A stretch of 64,000 bases of DNA, from the NCBI GenBank assembly GCA_031414775.1, contig JANOQI010000062.1, forward strand, positions 32,001 through 96,000, read 5' to 3'. Position numbers and translations under genes: made by a program. This document shows, piece after piece, positions 29,697 through 41,550 of the stretch. How positions within the stretch are numbered: position 1 is the stretch's first letter; every line of letters begins with the position of its first letter. Under the pieces are notes generated by a model. The model did not search any database. It had not been told where the DNA came from and worked only from the letters and a program-made list of their open reading frames with translations. Origin of the DNA: Synechococcales cyanobacterium VAR_4_metabat_354 (GTDB lineage: Bacteria; Cyanobacteriota; Cyanobacteriia; Cyanobacteriales; Chamaesiphonaceae).

Positions 29697-30983
29697 CTAA
29701 TCACGGCTAGTGACCGATAAACCTTCTACTAAAATTGAAGGCGTATAGCAAGGACCATTCCAATCAGCATCATTACCCAGCGCCACAATATTTTTGAGAG
29801 CACTGTAAACATTGCCGCTAACCATCGTATCTTTAACGCGACCAATTACTTCACCGCGCTGTACTAAGTAGCCTAAATCGACATTGATCGAAAACTCCCC
29901 AGAAATTCCGGCACCACCGCCTAAAACTTGATCAACAATCAAACCTCGATCGATCGACCCAATTAGTTCGGCCAGTGATTGCTCGCCGGGAGCAATCAAC
30001 ATATTTACCAGACCGGGGGTGGGATAGCTGCCCAGACCCGGACGAAAACCACAGCCGGTGGAACCAGAACCCAAATTTTCGCCGACCGTTCGATCGGCGT
30101 AAAATAATTGTAATTTGCCTTTTTTGACAAAGGTCAAAGGTCGAGTAGGAGTACCTTCATCGTCAAAGGGGCAACTGTACGGGCCTTGAGTAGGTTCTTG
30201 GGTGATCGTCAACTGGTCGGACATGACAATCTGGCCTAACCTGTCGTTCCAAGGCGAAGCGCCTTCGACCACTTGTTTACCATTGATGGCTGCTTGCACT
30301 GTTTCCCACAGCATATCAGCGGCTTTGGCTGTAAATATTACCGGCACTTTGCCGCTCGGTGATGGCACATTTTTCTTTGCCCAGTGCAGCCGCTGGAAAA
30401 TTTGTTGAACAATTTTTTCTGGTTCCAGAAAATCACGCTGGGTTTGGCCATCGCCGATCGCCAAAAAATCTTCACCCCGCACCCATTCAGCGGCAATATA
30501 AGCGCTGAGCGTGGTGTCGGTATAGCTACAGTCTAGTCCCAGGCTATTCACTAACCGCGTGGTTTCCGATTCACAGTCCCACTGGCTGCTACACAAGACT
30601 TCTGGAAAAGCCTCTCGAATGGTCTGGATGGACTCTCGTCCCATCGCCAACAGTTCGTTCACTTCTACCATTTTGCCGAGATCGGGGTAGATCTTTTTAC
30701 TCCCACTATTCAGCTGGGGAGTTTCCACTTCATTCAATTCTGCAATGGCCAGCGTCTTATCTACCAACACCTGCGGATCGACCGGGCCAAAGGCCACGGC
30801 TAAGCCGGGTTTGCCATTGCGCCACAACCGTAAGGCAGTACCTTCACTCTGAGCACTTTCCAACTGTTTAAGGCGATTGGCCTCAAAGAAAATTGGTCGC
30901 GAGAAGGACTGAGATTGATAGACCTCAGCCATTTCTGCCCCGGCTTTAGCAGACAGCTCCAGGAGCTGTTCAGAAATATCCAC
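29697..30983 (-). CDS. TldD/PmbA family protein
   Basis: PFDDEG, SGEFS and RVKDTMVSGN motifs. Confidence 0.88.
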   Translation of the reverse strand: MDISEQLLELSAKAGAEMAEVYQSQSFSRPIFFEANRLKQLESAQSEGTALRLWRNGKPGLAVAFGPVDPQVLVDKTLAIAELNEVETPQLNSGSKKIYPDLGKMVEVNELLAMGRESIQTIREAFPEVLCSSQWDCESETTRLVNSLGLDCSYTDTTLSAYIAAEWVRGEDFLAIGDGQTQRDFLEPEKIVQQIFQRLHWAKKNVPSPSGKVPVIFTAKAADMLWETVQAAINGKQVVEGASPWNDRLGQIVMSDQLTITQEPTQGPYSCPFDDEGTPTRPLTFVKKGKLQLFYADRTVGENLGSGSTGCGFRPGLGSYPTPGLVNMLIAPGEQSLAELIGSIDRGLIVDQVLGGGAGISGEFSINVDLGYLVQRGEVIGRVKDTMVSGNVYSALKNIVALGNDADWNGPCYTPSILVEGLSVTSRD

Positions 30984-31854
30984 TGGCGGCTCCTGCCTCT
31001 TGCAATAACCAAAATCCGGCAAATTCTTCGGCTGTCGGGGAAGATTGCACCGCTAAAAAATGTACGCCGTTGGATTTTTGCTTGGCGCGCTCAAAACTTA
31101 CCGCTTCGTTAGCAATTACCATTTGGGTGGATATGTCTAGGTTAGCTAATGTCCAACTATTACTAGCACCAGTTTCGAGCAATATTTGGCTCTGGGGCGC
31201 TGGAGAGTAGCGCACCATCGCCAGTTCCAGTCCTGAGATCCAAGCAGCAATCGGGATGGATCGATCGCTAAAAATCAACAGCCCCGGTACCTGACAGTCC
31301 GGTGAAATGTTGGCCAACTCCAAGGGGAAAGCTTCAGAAAAGCCGATCGACCAATCTGGCATGTCTTGCAATTCGCTAGCTGCCAAATTCACGAAGGCCC
31401 ACTTATTGCCCATGATCGCATCCGGCAAAGGCTGCGGCGGATCGGACATCATTTGTACTGACGGGGCAGGCTGCTTTTGATAGGTCGGATTGAGGCTGTA
31501 AACCTCTAATTCCCTTTGTTGCAGCCAATGCTGAACCGCAATGGTGCGCCGACTAGGAGTGGCCGGAATTCCCACGTCTTTGCAAGCTTTCAGAATCATG
31601 TTGTTCATCTGCCGCCGAAAGAAGCGAATCCCTTGGGGGACTTCTGTGGACAGAGCGATCGCTTGCTGCAAGGCATCACTGAGCCAAGCAGCATTTACGC
31701 GATCGCTAGGGCAATTTTGGGTAAACCGAAATAAGGAATCGGCGGATTGACGAGTATTCTGAGGACTTTCACAGACCAGCAGCTCCCAAACCTTTTTTTG
31801 TTGATCATCTAAAATCGGACGGGAATAGAAGTCAATTTCCCAAATTTTTCCCAT
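30970..31854 (-). CDS. Tab2/Atab2 family RNA-binding protein
   Basis: WEIDFYSRPILD..KKVWELL, RFFRRQM, GVHFLAVQ and FAGFWLL motifs. Confidence 0.9.
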   Translation of the reverse strand: MGKIWEIDFYSRPILDDQQKKVWELLVCESPQNTRQSADSLFRFTQNCPSDRVNAAWLSDALQQAIALSTEVPQGIRFFRRQMNNMILKACKDVGIPATPSRRTIAVQHWLQQRELEVYSLNPTYQKQPAPSVQMMSDPPQPLPDAIMGNKWAFVNLAASELQDMPDWSIGFSEAFPLELANISPDCQVPGLLIFSDRSIPIAAWISGLELAMVRYSPAPQSQILLETGASNSWTLANLDISTQMVIANEAVSFERAKQKSNGVHFLAVQSSPTAEEFAGFWLLQEAGAASGYF

Positions 31855-32009
31855 TGCTGAATCTGCTGCGGTGTATTGGCCAATCAATAGATCATGATAT
31901 CAGTTAACCGGACACTGCCTAATGTGACTAGTGCCCAACTACCGCAGTACCAGTATCAAAAATCTACGAGAAATGAATTAGTGGGATCTCCTGAATTTAC
32001 TGGCCATGA

Positions 32010-32585
32010 TTACCAGCCTAGTCTACTTTTAGCAATCGTCCGAATCGGTTTATCACTCCCTTTGGCGGCCAATGTTTCTAATTGTTTGCGAGAGATGCTG
32101 GTAGCGTTGGCCAATTCCCGCTCGATGATACTGTCTTTTCTCGCCAAGATTTCGGTGAATGCCGCATCCGAGATGCTCTTTTCTTGCATGGCCGCCCGCA
32201 TCCGATTTTGCCAGATGATGTTCTGGGCGGTGTAGTTGGCGAATGCCGAATGCTTGGTAAGCTGGCTATATTGTTCGGCGGTGAGCGAGGGGCAAGATAG
32301 TAGGTTGTTTAAGGCCGTCTTGGCCATAGCCTGGTCTTCATCGATCAAACATAGTTCAATATACTGCTCTAGCTGTTCGTCAGTAAAGTTTTCCTGTTCA
32401 ACCAAAATAATTTGAAAGGCTTCGTAGCGGTGGTGTTCGGGGCTGAGCCAGAAGGAGTCTTGGCCGCTGTGAAATTTCTGAATTTGATCTTCAAAAAAGC
32501 TAGCGGGCAGTAACCAATAGTCAAACCAAGGGGCGGGAAAGCGCAGTTGATCGATCGCATCTTGCATATTAAATTTAAGCGCCAA
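32010..32585 (-). CDS. Hypothetical helical protein
   Basis: 191-aa ORF (ATG alternative near 32567); no family recognised. Confidence 0.6.
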   Translation of the reverse strand: MALKFNMQDAIDQLRFPAPWFDYWLLPASFFEDQIQKFHSGQDSFWLSPEHHRYEAFQIILVEQENFTDEQLEQYIELCLIDEDQAMAKTALNNLLSCPSLTAEQYSQLTKHSAFANYTAQNIIWQNRMRAAMQEKSISDAAFTEILARKDSIIERELANATSISRKQLETLAAKGSDKPIRTIAKSRLGW

Positions 32586-33089
32586 AAAGTTCTTTCCCTG
32601 ATTCTCGCAGATTCAGGATCGATTCTTATTCGGCGAGGCTCGATCAACGCCAGTAGATCGTTTTACTCACACCACCACCAATCATTTTTTAGGATGTGAC
32701 TTCAACACCGCCAAGAATTGCTTTTGATACTTGTGCCAAAGACCAACTAAACTCCTCAAACAAAAACGATAACTACTTACTGGTAATCTTTCTTCCTGGA
32801 CTGGTGCAGGGCTAATCCATTCATCATAGAGATCTTTCATCTCGCAATCCATAGTTGTTTACATAGTTGAGTCTTCACGAGCTATTACTGCAACAGGCCA
32901 AAGCATAGTTAATATCTGGCAATTTCGCAGTTAATTAAGCATAAAAAACACCCCACTTTGCATCAAAACAAAGAGTGAATTCCATACCCTATTTCAAAAT
33001 CAATTATGTCTATAGATTACTAATCACCACCGTGATCAAAATACACGGTGCAGATCTAAATAATCCAATAGGTTTGATTGGTCTTATGC

Positions 33090-33992
33090 TTAGATTACCC
33101 ACTGGCCAGTCGCAACTAACTGCACCTTCCCCCCCACCGATACCCCAATCTCTCCATCTTGCCGCGGCGATTCTCTCAAAGAGATACTTCGTGAGCGAAC
33201 ATACAACAACGACGGTCGATCGATCTCGTAGCCTTGCTCCACTTGCCAATCAAAAACAGTTTGCCCCTGATAACCATATTGCACCAGATAAGCCGCCAGA
33301 CAGCCGTTGGCACTCCCCGTCGCGGGATCTTCCGGAATCCCTAAGGCATGGGTGAAGACGCGCACATGTAAGTCATTTTCAGCCTGGAGAGTTTCTGGGC
33401 AAAAGATCAAAATAGATTGAGCCGGTAATTGATTGATCAATTGATAGTAGCTAGTTAACTCCAGTTGAGCTTTTTGGACGGCAGCTAAAGTTTTCAACGG
33501 CACAATAATGAACGGCAGACCAGTGGAAACTTGGCTAATGGGATAATCAGCGATATCCGCCGGGTCAATATTCAGCACGGGAGCGAGTTGTTCTTTGGTT
33601 AACTCTCCTAAAAATTTTGGAGTTTTTTGCTGCATCCACAAAACTTCTGGTTGATTATCAACATAATTAAAAGTTACAGGAATCTTGCCCGCCGTATATT
33701 CCAGCGTGACCATAGGCAGGTTTTGCTGAGCGACATATTGTTGAATTACCCAAGCCGTACCTAGGGTCGGATGACCAGCAAAGGGTAGCTCTACCTGTGG
33801 CGTAAAAATTTTAACGGGGTAGTCTGGGCCAGCCCCAGTAATAAAAGTACTTTCCGAAAAATTGATTTCTTTGGCGATCTGCTGCATTTGAGGAAAGCTT
33901 AGCTGATCGGCATTCAAAAAAACGGCTAGTTGGTTGCCAGTGTATTGACCAATCGCAAAAACATCCACAATGTAAAAATCCAAACTAGCCAT
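33090..33992 (-). CDS. PhzF-family epimerase-like protein
   Basis: VDVF..GNQLAV, ELPFAGHPTLG and EDPATGSA motifs. Confidence 0.92.
   Translation of the reverse strand: MASLDFYIVDVFAIGQYTGNQLAVFLNADQLSFPQMQQIAKEINFSESTFITGAGPDYPVKIFTPQVELPFAGHPTLGTAWVIQQYVAQQNLPMVTLEYTAGKIPVTFNYVDNQPEVLWMQQKTPKFLGELTKEQLAPVLNIDPADIADYPISQVSTGLPFIIVPLKTLAAVQKAQLELTSYYQLINQLPAQSILIFCPETLQAENDLHVRVFTHALGIPEDPATGSANGCLAAYLVQYGYQGQTVFDWQVEQGYEIDRPSLLYVRSRSISLRESPRQDGEIGVSVGGKVQLVATGQWVI
33172..33195 (-). repeat. 24-nt SDR-like in-frame insertion at CG^ATCG in the PhzF-family gene
   Basis: Minus strand CG|ctcacgaagtatctctttgagaga|ATCG; hairpin tctct-ttg-agaga; removal restores CGATCG. Confidence 0.65.
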
Positions 33993-34198
33993 TCAAACCC
34001 CCAATTGGTAACGCAATAAAAATTTATATGGGTACTTACTAACATCAGCGGCATATTTTCCCCACCAGCGCCACCGCGCAAACCATACCACGGTAACAGA
34101 GTGACCGCCGTATCTTAAAATTTGGGACATTACCGTCTAGATATTTTAGGCGGCAAAGCAATTACGCCAATCAATATATTTAAGTGGGGAGAGTTTTC

Positions 34199-35635
34199 AT
34201 GACCATGCAACTCCAAAAGCCAATACTGATCGGTGGCTTGGCTCTATCGGCAGGATTATGGGGGCTAGATAGCCTTCAACATGTGTTAACCAATGCTGGC
34301 GATACCCTGATTTTGGGTACGATGGCTGCGGGTGGTGGTTATTGGTGGTGGTCAAAACAGCGTGGCCAGATCAAAGCAACGCCCAAATCGGTAGTCATTA
34401 ACTCCGAAACTCTCCAACATTTAACGGCGCAAGTAAATATTATTATCGATCGATTGAGCAGCGAAGGGGCAAAATCAGAGGCAATCAAGCAGTTACAGCA
34501 GCAGCTCCGCCATGCTACTAGTCAAACTGACCGACAGTCTTACCAAGTAGCCGTTACCGGCAAAGCCCGCGTCGGAAAAACTACCCTCATCCAAGAATTG
34601 CAAACTCCAACCGGAGAGCAATCGATCGAACTGCTAGAAACTCCGGCACTATTTAGCACTGTAGAAAACATTGATGATGTTTTGACGCAACAACTAGCCA
34701 GCCAAGCTGATTTGGTCATTTTTATCACCAATGAAGATTTGACGGCGACTGAATACAATTACCTAGCACAGCTCAGTCGGCAACAACGGCTGTTATTAGT
34801 TTTCAACAAACAAGATCAGTATTTGCCAGTCGATCGAGAAGCCATCCAGCAAAAAATTAAATCCACCGTCGCCAGCTTGGTCAGTGCCGATAACGTCGTC
34901 GCCATCAGTACCCGACCCCGACCCATTAAAGTCCGCAAAATTCAGGCCGATGGCAGTATATTGGAGTCGATCGAACAGCCCCCGGTCGAGTTGCAAGCTC
35001 TCACCCAGAAATTGCAGCAAGTTTTGACCACCGAAGGTGCCCAATTGATTCTGGCTACTACCTATCGTCAGATCGATCGAGTCAAAACCCAAGGAAAGTT
35101 GCAACTCAATATCCTGCGTCGCCAAAAAGCCCTACCGATCATTGAACAAAATCAATGGATTGTGGGCGCAGCTGCTTTTGCGAACCCTTTGCCCGCATTG
35201 GATCTATTGGCCACGGCGGCGATTAGTACCCAAATGATTGTGGATTTGAGTGGCATTTACCAGCAAAAATTCTCCCTAGAGCAAGCCCAAGAAGTGGTTA
35301 GTAATTTAGGTGGTTTACTTCTCAAACTAGGACTTGTCGAACTATCGACCCAAGCGATCGGCAGCATCCTCAAAACCAACGCCGTCACTTTTGTGGCTGG
35401 TGGTCTAATTCAAGGCATGAGTGCGGCTTACCTCACCCGCATTGTCGGTCTCACTTTGGTGGAGTACTTTGCTAGCCAAGACGTAATTGTGCCCCAAGAG
35501 CAACCTGCTTGGCATCTCGATCGGTTTACAGCCATCCTTTCCCAAGTATTTCAGGCTAACCAGCGCCTCACAGTTCTCCAAGATTTTGTTCAACAGGGAC
35601 TGCAACGCTTCATACCAGAAGCGGAAATTGTCTAG
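34199..35635 (+). CDS. GTPase-like/DUF697 (YcjF-like) protein
   Basis: GKARVGKT P-loop, NKQD and NPLPALDLLA motifs. Confidence 0.8.
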   Translation: MTMQLQKPILIGGLALSAGLWGLDSLQHVLTNAGDTLILGTMAAGGGYWWWSKQRGQIKATPKSVVINSETLQHLTAQVNIIIDRLSSEGAKSEAIKQLQQQLRHATSQTDRQSYQVAVTGKARVGKTTLIQELQTPTGEQSIELLETPALFSTVENIDDVLTQQLASQADLVIFITNEDLTATEYNYLAQLSRQQRLLLVFNKQDQYLPVDREAIQQKIKSTVASLVSADNVVAISTRPRPIKVRKIQADGSILESIEQPPVELQALTQKLQQVLTTEGAQLILATTYRQIDRVKTQGKLQLNILRRQKALPIIEQNQWIVGAAAFANPLPALDLLATAAISTQMIVDLSGIYQQKFSLEQAQEVVSNLGGLLLKLGLVELSTQAIGSILKTNAVTFVAGGLIQGMSAAYLTRIVGLTLVEYFASQDVIVPQEQPAWHLDRFTAILSQVFQANQRLTVLQDFVQQGLQRFIPEAEIV

Positions 35636-35762
35636 TATCAGCATCGTTAAAAAATGCTAAGATTCAGTCATATTCCAGACAATTTCGCCTAAGCAAGGCT
35701 CCCGCTGACTCTATTGTTTTGAGAGATCGGCAAACTTCAATTTGAACTTTTACCTGCTGACC

Positions 35763-38555
35763 ATGCTGAAAAATCTCCTGGGCGATCCCAACGTTCGTAA
35801 ACTTAAAAAATTCCAACCGCTGGTCACTGAGATTACTTTGCGGGAAGAAGAATTAGCCCAGTTGAGTGACGAGGAGTTAAAAGCCAAGACCAAAGATTTC
35901 CAGCTGATCCTCGAAAAAGCCAATAACGATGAAGAAGAAAAAGAACTTTTAGACGAGATTCTACCCGAGGCCTTTGCCGTCGTGCGCGAAGCGGGCAAGC
36001 GGGTGTTGGGAATGCGTCACTTTGACGTCCAAATGCTGGGCGGTATGGTACTCCATGCTGGTCAAATCGCCGAGATGAAAACCGGTGAAGGGAAAACATT
36101 GGTGGCTACTTTGCCATCTTATCTAAATGCGCTCAGTGGTAAGGGCGTGCATGTGATCACCGTCAACGACTATCTGGCGCGGCGGGATGCGGAATGGATG
36201 GGACAAATTCATCGCTTCTTAGGATTGTCGGTGGGTCTGATCCAGTCGGGAATGGGTCCGGCGGAAAGACAAAAAAATTATCGCTGTGACATTACCTATG
36301 CCACCAACAGTGAGCTGGGTTTTGACTATTTGCGCGACAACATGTCTACTTCGATCACCGAGGTAGTACAGCGGGTCTTTAATTACTGTGTGATTGATGA
36401 AGTCGATTCGATCTTAATTGATGAAGCCAGAACGCCATTAATTATTTCTGGTCAGGTAGAAAGACCTACCGAAAAGTACGTAAAAGCCACCGAAATTGCC
36501 AAGAGACTGCACAAGGATACTCACTACGAAGTAGAAGAGAAAGCCAAAAATGCGCTAATGACCGAGGAAGGCTTCGCCGAAGCGGAGCGGCTGCTGGGGG
36601 TAAATGATCTCTACAACGAAGATGATCCTTGGGCACACTACATTTTCAATGCCATTAAAGCCAAAGAGCTATATACCAACGATGTTAATTACATTGTGCG
36701 GCATGATGAAATTGTAATTGTCGATGAATTTACGGGTCGGATCCTGTCTGGCAGACGCTGGAGTGACGGTTTGCATCAGGCGATCGAAGCAAAAGAAGGC
36801 GTAGAAATTCAGAACGAAACCCAGACGCTGGCGACAATTACCTATCAAAACTTTTTCCTGCTCTATCCGAAGCTCAGTGGGATGACTGGTACGGCTAAAA
36901 CAGAAGAAGTGGAACTAGAAAAAACCTACAAAATCCAGGTTACAGTGATGCCCACCAACCGGGTGCGGCAGCGAATTGACTATGCCGATGTGGTGTTCAA
37001 AACCGAAATGGGTAAATGGAAAGCGGTGGCCATGGAGTGCAAAGACTACCATGAGAGCGGACGACCAGTGTTGGTGGGCACCACCAGCATCGAAAAATCG
37101 CAGTTCATTGCTCAATTTCTTCAAGAAATGCAAATTCCTTTTAACCTGCTCAACGCCAAACCAGAGAACGTCGAACGGGAATCAGAAATCGTGGCTCAGG
37201 CTGGTCGGAAGGGAGCAGTAACAATCGCCACCAACATGGCCGGTCGCGGCACCGATATTATCTTGGGTGGCAACTCCGACTATATGGCACGGTTGAAGAT
37301 TCGGGAGTATTTAATGCCCAGACTGGTGATGCCTGACGATGACGATCAGTTTTCGCCGCGCCAGGTACCAGGAGCCGAGCCAGTCAATGCGGCCTCTGGT
37401 CAAGGTTTTGGAGCACCTACTAAAAAGAAAAAGAACTGGAAGGCGGCGGCGGAGATTTTTCCCACAAATTTATCGGTAGCCACTGAGAAGCAAGTGAAAG
37501 CAGCCGCTGCTTTTGCCGTGCAACACTATGGGGAAGCCAGTTTGTCAGAGCTAGATGCGGAGGAAGTAATCGCCGTGGCCTGTGAAAAAGCGCCTACCGA
37601 TAACCCGGCTATTCAAAAATTGCGCGATGCTTACCGAGCCATCCGCAAAGAATATGATCCGCTCACCGATCGCGAGCATGAAGAAGTCCTCAGCCAGGGC
37701 GGCTTACATGTAGTTGGTACCGAACGTCACGAATCACGGCGAGTGGATAACCAGTTGCGCGGTCGGGCTGGTCGTCAAGGAGATAAAGGTTCGACCCGCT
37801 TCTTTTTGAGTCTAGAAGACAATTTAATGCGGATCTTCGGTGGCGACAAAGTGGGTAAGATGATGGACATGTTCCAAGTAGAAGAGGACATGCCGATCGA
37901 ATCCAAAATGCTGACTAATAGCCTAGAAGGGGCACAGAAAAAAGTCGAAACCTACTACTACGACATGCGCAAGCAGGTCTTTGAGTACGACGATGTGATG
38001 AACAATCAACGGCGAGCCATCTACGCCGAGCGCCGTCGGGTGCTAGAAGGCCAAGATCTAAAAGAACAAGTCGTCGTATATGCCGAAAAAACGATGCAAG
38101 ACATCATTGATGTGAACATCGACCCTGATCTGCCGCCAGAAGAGTGGAAGCTAGAAGCATTAGTCAGCAAAGCCCGTGAATTTGTCACCACCTTTGCAGA
38201 CTTTAGTCATCTCCAGTTAGAGGACATGACCTATCCAGAAATCAAATCTTTTATGTATGAAGAGGTGCGCAAAGCCTACGACATTCAAGAAGGGATTATC
38301 GATAAGGTGCAGCCCGGTCTAATGCGTCAAGCCGAGCGGTTTTTTATCTTGCAGCAAATCGACAATCTCTGGCGAGAACACCTGCAAGCCATGGATTCAC
38401 TTCGGGAATCGGTAGGACTACGCGGTTATGCCCAGAAAGACCCGCTGATTGAATATAAGCAAGAAGGCTATGAGATGTTCTTGGAAATGATGTCCGATAT
38501 TCGACGCAACGTGGTTTATTCGATGTTCCAGTTCTCGCCTAGTGCTGAGGGTTAG
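35763..38555 (+). CDS. secA: Preprotein translocase ATPase
   Basis: [23 protein letters not shown] and [12 protein letters not shown] motifs. Confidence 0.99.
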   Translation: MLKNLLGDPNVRKLKKFQPLVTEITLREEELAQLSDEELKAKTKDFQLILEKANNDEEEKELLDEILPEAFAVVREAGKRVLGMRHFDVQMLGGMVLHAGQIAEMKTGEGKTLVATLPSYLNALSGKGVHVITVNDYLARRDAEWMGQIHRFLGLSVGLIQSGMGPAERQKNYRCDITYATNSELGFDYLRDNMSTSITEVVQRVFNYCVIDEVDSILIDEARTPLIISGQVERPTEKYVKATEIAKRLHKDTHYEVEEKAKNALMTEEGFAEAERLLGVNDLYNEDDPWAHYIFNAIKAKELYTNDVNYIVRHDEIVIVDEFTGRILSGRRWSDGLHQAIEAKEGVEIQNETQTLATITYQNFFLLYPKLSGMTGTAKTEEVELEKTYKIQVTVMPTNRVRQRIDYADVVFKTEMGKWKAVAMECKDYHESGRPVLVGTTSIEKSQFIAQFLQEMQIPFNLLNAKPENVERESEIVAQAGRKGAVTIATNMAGRGTDIILGGNSDYMARLKIREYLMPRLVMPDDDDQFSPRQVPGAEPVNAASGQGFGAPTKKKKNWKAAAEIFPTNLSVATEKQVKAAAAFAVQHYGEASLSELDAEEVIAVACEKAPTDNPAIQKLRDAYRAIRKEYDPLTDREHEEVLSQGGLHVVGTERHESRRVDNQLRGRAGRQGDKGSTRFFLSLEDNLMRIFGGDKVGKMMDMFQVEEDMPIESKMLTNSLEGAQKKVETYYYDMRKQVFEYDDVMNNQRRAIYAERRRVLEGQDLKEQVVVYAEKTMQDIIDVNIDPDLPPEEWKLEALVSKAREFVTTFADFSHLQLEDMTYPEIKSFMYEEVRKAYDIQEGIIDKVQPGLMRQAERFFILQQIDNLWREHLQAMDSLRESVGLRGYAQKDPLIEYKQEGYEMFLEMMSDIRRNVVYSMFQFSPSAEG

Positions 38556-38558
38556 TCT

Positions 38559-38933
38559 ATGAGAAAAATCATAACTGCGGCGGCGGCGGTACTTATAAGC
38601 GGCGGGCTGGCGATGCCCGCGCTGGCCGATCAATGTCAATTGGTGGGTAAGTCGCAAGCATTGGCGGCTCTGAATTATCTATCGATCGGTCAGACCATTT
38701 ACAATTTTTGTGAGCTATGTGGCGACAAAACTCCCCAGCCGATCCAGATTAATAAAATTGCGGTCACCAGTGGGGAAGATGGCAAATTATGGCAAGTGGC
38801 AGTTAATAACAAAAATATCGATTTGGCTTACACCTATATTCGGTATGAACCAAAATATCAGGTCAGCTTAGCAGTGATTACGAAATGTCCGACCCAGGGC
38901 GTAACCCCGGTAATGAAAATTAAAGCCAAATAG
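38559..38933 (+). CDS. Secreted Cys-containing hypothetical protein
   Basis: Signal peptide (ALA^DQC), FCELCGD and IDLAYTY motifs. Confidence 0.7.
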   Translation: MRKIITAAAAVLISGGLAMPALADQCQLVGKSQALAALNYLSIGQTIYNFCELCGDKTPQPIQINKIAVTSGEDGKLWQVAVNNKNIDLAYTYIRYEPKYQVSLAVITKCPTQGVTPVMKIKAK

Positions 38934-39011
38934 TCGGTAAGCAGCTGCGCTCAACCCATTGAAATACAAGGTTTGAGCGCAGATAAAAGTAAACCCTTAT
39001 TATCTATTAGC

Positions 39012-40790
39012 CTAATTTTCTAAGAGTTTCCCTGCAATCTGTTCGACATCAATGCTGATGGAGCCAGATTTAGGTTCACTTACTGTATAAACAACTGTCA
39101 CATTGAGGTCTTCAGTACTTACAATTTCCAAAAAACCAATAGTCAAAGGCATTGGAGCCGAAGGCGGTGCACCAAATAATAACTCACCAATGCGGTAACA
39201 ATCATCCATGGTCGCTGTGTTCGGTGGTAGAACCATCTGATCACGCACTTTACGTTCTACAAATTTAGGTTCACGTCCACTTGGTGCACCAGCAAATACG
39301 ACTGGAAGTAAGTATTTTTCAATTTTCACTTCTTTGTTTTGGTAATTGTGGATGTTGATTTCGGTTGCATATGCGCCTGGTCTCACTACGGATTCATCAC
39401 ATTTACACTCTTCTTGCACGCCACAGACAAATTTGACGCTGTAGCTGCGTTTACAAGCAGGAATGGTGATTTTGACCTGCTTGCTGACAACAACCACACC
39501 ATCTGCAACCGCATCAATCGTCCCCGTGAAAACTTGTGGCTTTTCGCTACAGGGTATAACTCCCGTAAAAACCACATCGAACGGGAGGACATGCTCTACA
39601 TCGCTAGCTAGAGGACCATACCCACCCAGAGGCGAAATGAAAGTAACAAATGGCACTGTTCCACCGGTTGGTAATAACTTTAGGTTATTGATGGTGCTAA
39701 TCGCATTGGCAATCAGCTTGATAATCGTATCCACAATACTGGTGGCATCAATCCCAGAAATAAAGGTACCATTGGGCGTTGCCGTAGCAATCCTTGTGCC
39801 TTGACCAGATGTTCCGCCAATACTACAAAAAGCAGCATAATCATTCGCACTAGTGATGGGATCATCGTCCAATCCATTGGGGAAACCCGTTACTGTACTA
39901 ATTGCCAACACCGTAATTTTTTCAGTAACTAACTTATTAGTCACCGAGGCTTCGGTAATGTCAGCAGCTAAGCCAGAGATGGCGGTGCAAATTGGATCAT
40001 GTCCCGGTGCATCGCCAAACCAAACAATGATGCGCTTAGAACCAGTCCGCCAACCGATTGAACCGCCAGGCGGCTCGGCAATTTGATCTAGAGCAAAGAG
40101 TTGTCCTTCAGAGCCATCAGAGCCATCTGCGGCTACCCATGTATTGATAGCGTTGGTAACATCAACTGCATTGGTAGTCAGATTGAGTTGATGCTGAAAT
40201 GCGTAGGGATTGGAGGTGGGAATCGGAAAGTCTTTATAGTTCCCCACACCAAAGGCCAGGTCAAGTCCTAGTCCATTCAGTGCAGTTAAAATTGCATTTG
40301 CACCTGTTTGTACAGATGCCAGTATACTCCCCATACTGCCTGTTGTATCAGCCAAAAAGTAAACATCGGCTTTGGAAACACCAACAGATTTAGGTACAGT
40401 GACGGTAATAACTTCACCTAAAGTATCATCTAAGTTAAGCACTAAGTCATTAACTGTTGGATCGATCGTGATTGCTCCAACTGCTGTAGCCAAAGCACTC
40501 ATATCAACTTTTATCTCGGGGACAGCAAAAAATCCTTTACCTTCCCTTTTGCTTATACCCGCCAAATCTGAAACTTCTCCAGTTTCATCTAAAACTACAA
40601 CATAATGTGAACCATTTGGCTCCTCTTGTTGTACAGCTTGAAACTTAAAGAGTTTTGTACCAGTAGATGGTACTAGATCTTCAGTCACATTAATGATTGT
40701 TAAGTTATCTACAGCATTGCGCTCTGAGAGAATTTGTAATGCTCTCGCTGCCAGCGAATTTGGGACACGTTCTAAAGGTGATCTTGACAT
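39012..40790 (-). CDS. vWA-domain protein (integrin beta-I-like) with a C-terminal YSVKFVCG domain
   Basis: MIDAS DVYFLADTTGSM; D..E and IGWR..SKRIIVWFGDAP motifs; flanked by AT-rich DNA. Confidence 0.75.
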   Translation of the reverse strand: MSRSPLERVPNSLAARALQILSERNAVDNLTIINVTEDLVPSTGTKLFKFQAVQQEEPNGSHYVVVLDETGEVSDLAGISKREGKGFFAVPEIKVDMSALATAVGAITIDPTVNDLVLNLDDTLGEVITVTVPKSVGVSKADVYFLADTTGSMGSILASVQTGANAILTALNGLGLDLAFGVGNYKDFPIPTSNPYAFQHQLNLTTNAVDVTNAINTWVAADGSDGSEGQLFALDQIAEPPGGSIGWRTGSKRIIVWFGDAPGHDPICTAISGLAADITEASVTNKLVTEKITVLAISTVTGFPNGLDDDPITSANDYAAFCSIGGTSGQGTRIATATPNGTFISGIDATSIVDTIIKLIANAISTINNLKLLPTGGTVPFVTFISPLGGYGPLASDVEHVLPFDVVFTGVIPCSEKPQVFTGTIDAVADGVVVVSKQVKITIPACKRSYSVKFVCGVQEECKCDESVVRPGAYATEINIHNYQNKEVKIEKYLLPVVFAGAPSGREPKFVERKVRDQMVLPPNTATMDDCYRIGELLFGAPPSAPMPLTIGFLEIVSTEDLNVTVVYTVSEPKSGSISIDVEQIAGKLLEN

Positions 40791-41550
40791 GAGTTTAAAC
40801 TTCTTTTCTTATATGTATTTAGATTTCGTTTGTATTTGGATAAATTCATTTGAGCAAGTATAGTAAACCTAAATCAGTACCTAAATCAAATCGTCTCTGG
40901 AACCTCTATATAGAGAATTTTCCTTCTTGTGAAAGTATCCTGATACCATTCTTTGCACAACACTTCTAACCTTATCCAGTCAACTTTATTATTGTGCTTT
41001 TTCCTACATATTGGAATAGCTTTTATGAAAAAAAAAGACAAAATTATCTCATTTGTTAGCAATGATATTTTACTGTGGAATATCATTGCTTACCAGATGG
41101 TAAAACGTTGCTGCATAACCTCCACAGCTTTAATTAGTTACTTAAATGCAGTTAAGCTTTTGACTATCTAGAGTTAATTTAGAGCTTAATATAGTCCATA
41201 ATTGTATATGTTATGTCTTTTATATTATTAATCTCGCACATTAAAACAACATAAAGTCTCTAAATTTTTCTACTTAATCCTGAGCGATCGCCAGAATAAA
41301 AATATCATTTTTCACGCGATGTGCAATTATTCTTGAATTAACGCTGTGAATCAGTTAGAGCCGCTCGAAATCTGAACTGTCAAATCGTTCGGTACGAGAA
41401 ATTCAGGGTTTCAGACTTTTAGTCGCACATAGCGTAATTGAGATATTTGAGATGGCTGAAATGACTTCAATTATCGTGAAGTTGCTCTTGATGAATTAGG
41501 TAGATTATGATGGGCATCACATCTCAAAACCCCAGTTGATGGTAACCAAC

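Noticed and set aside
40886..41171. Short ORFs upstream of the vWA gene
   Set aside because: AT-rich, no motifs, likely spurious.
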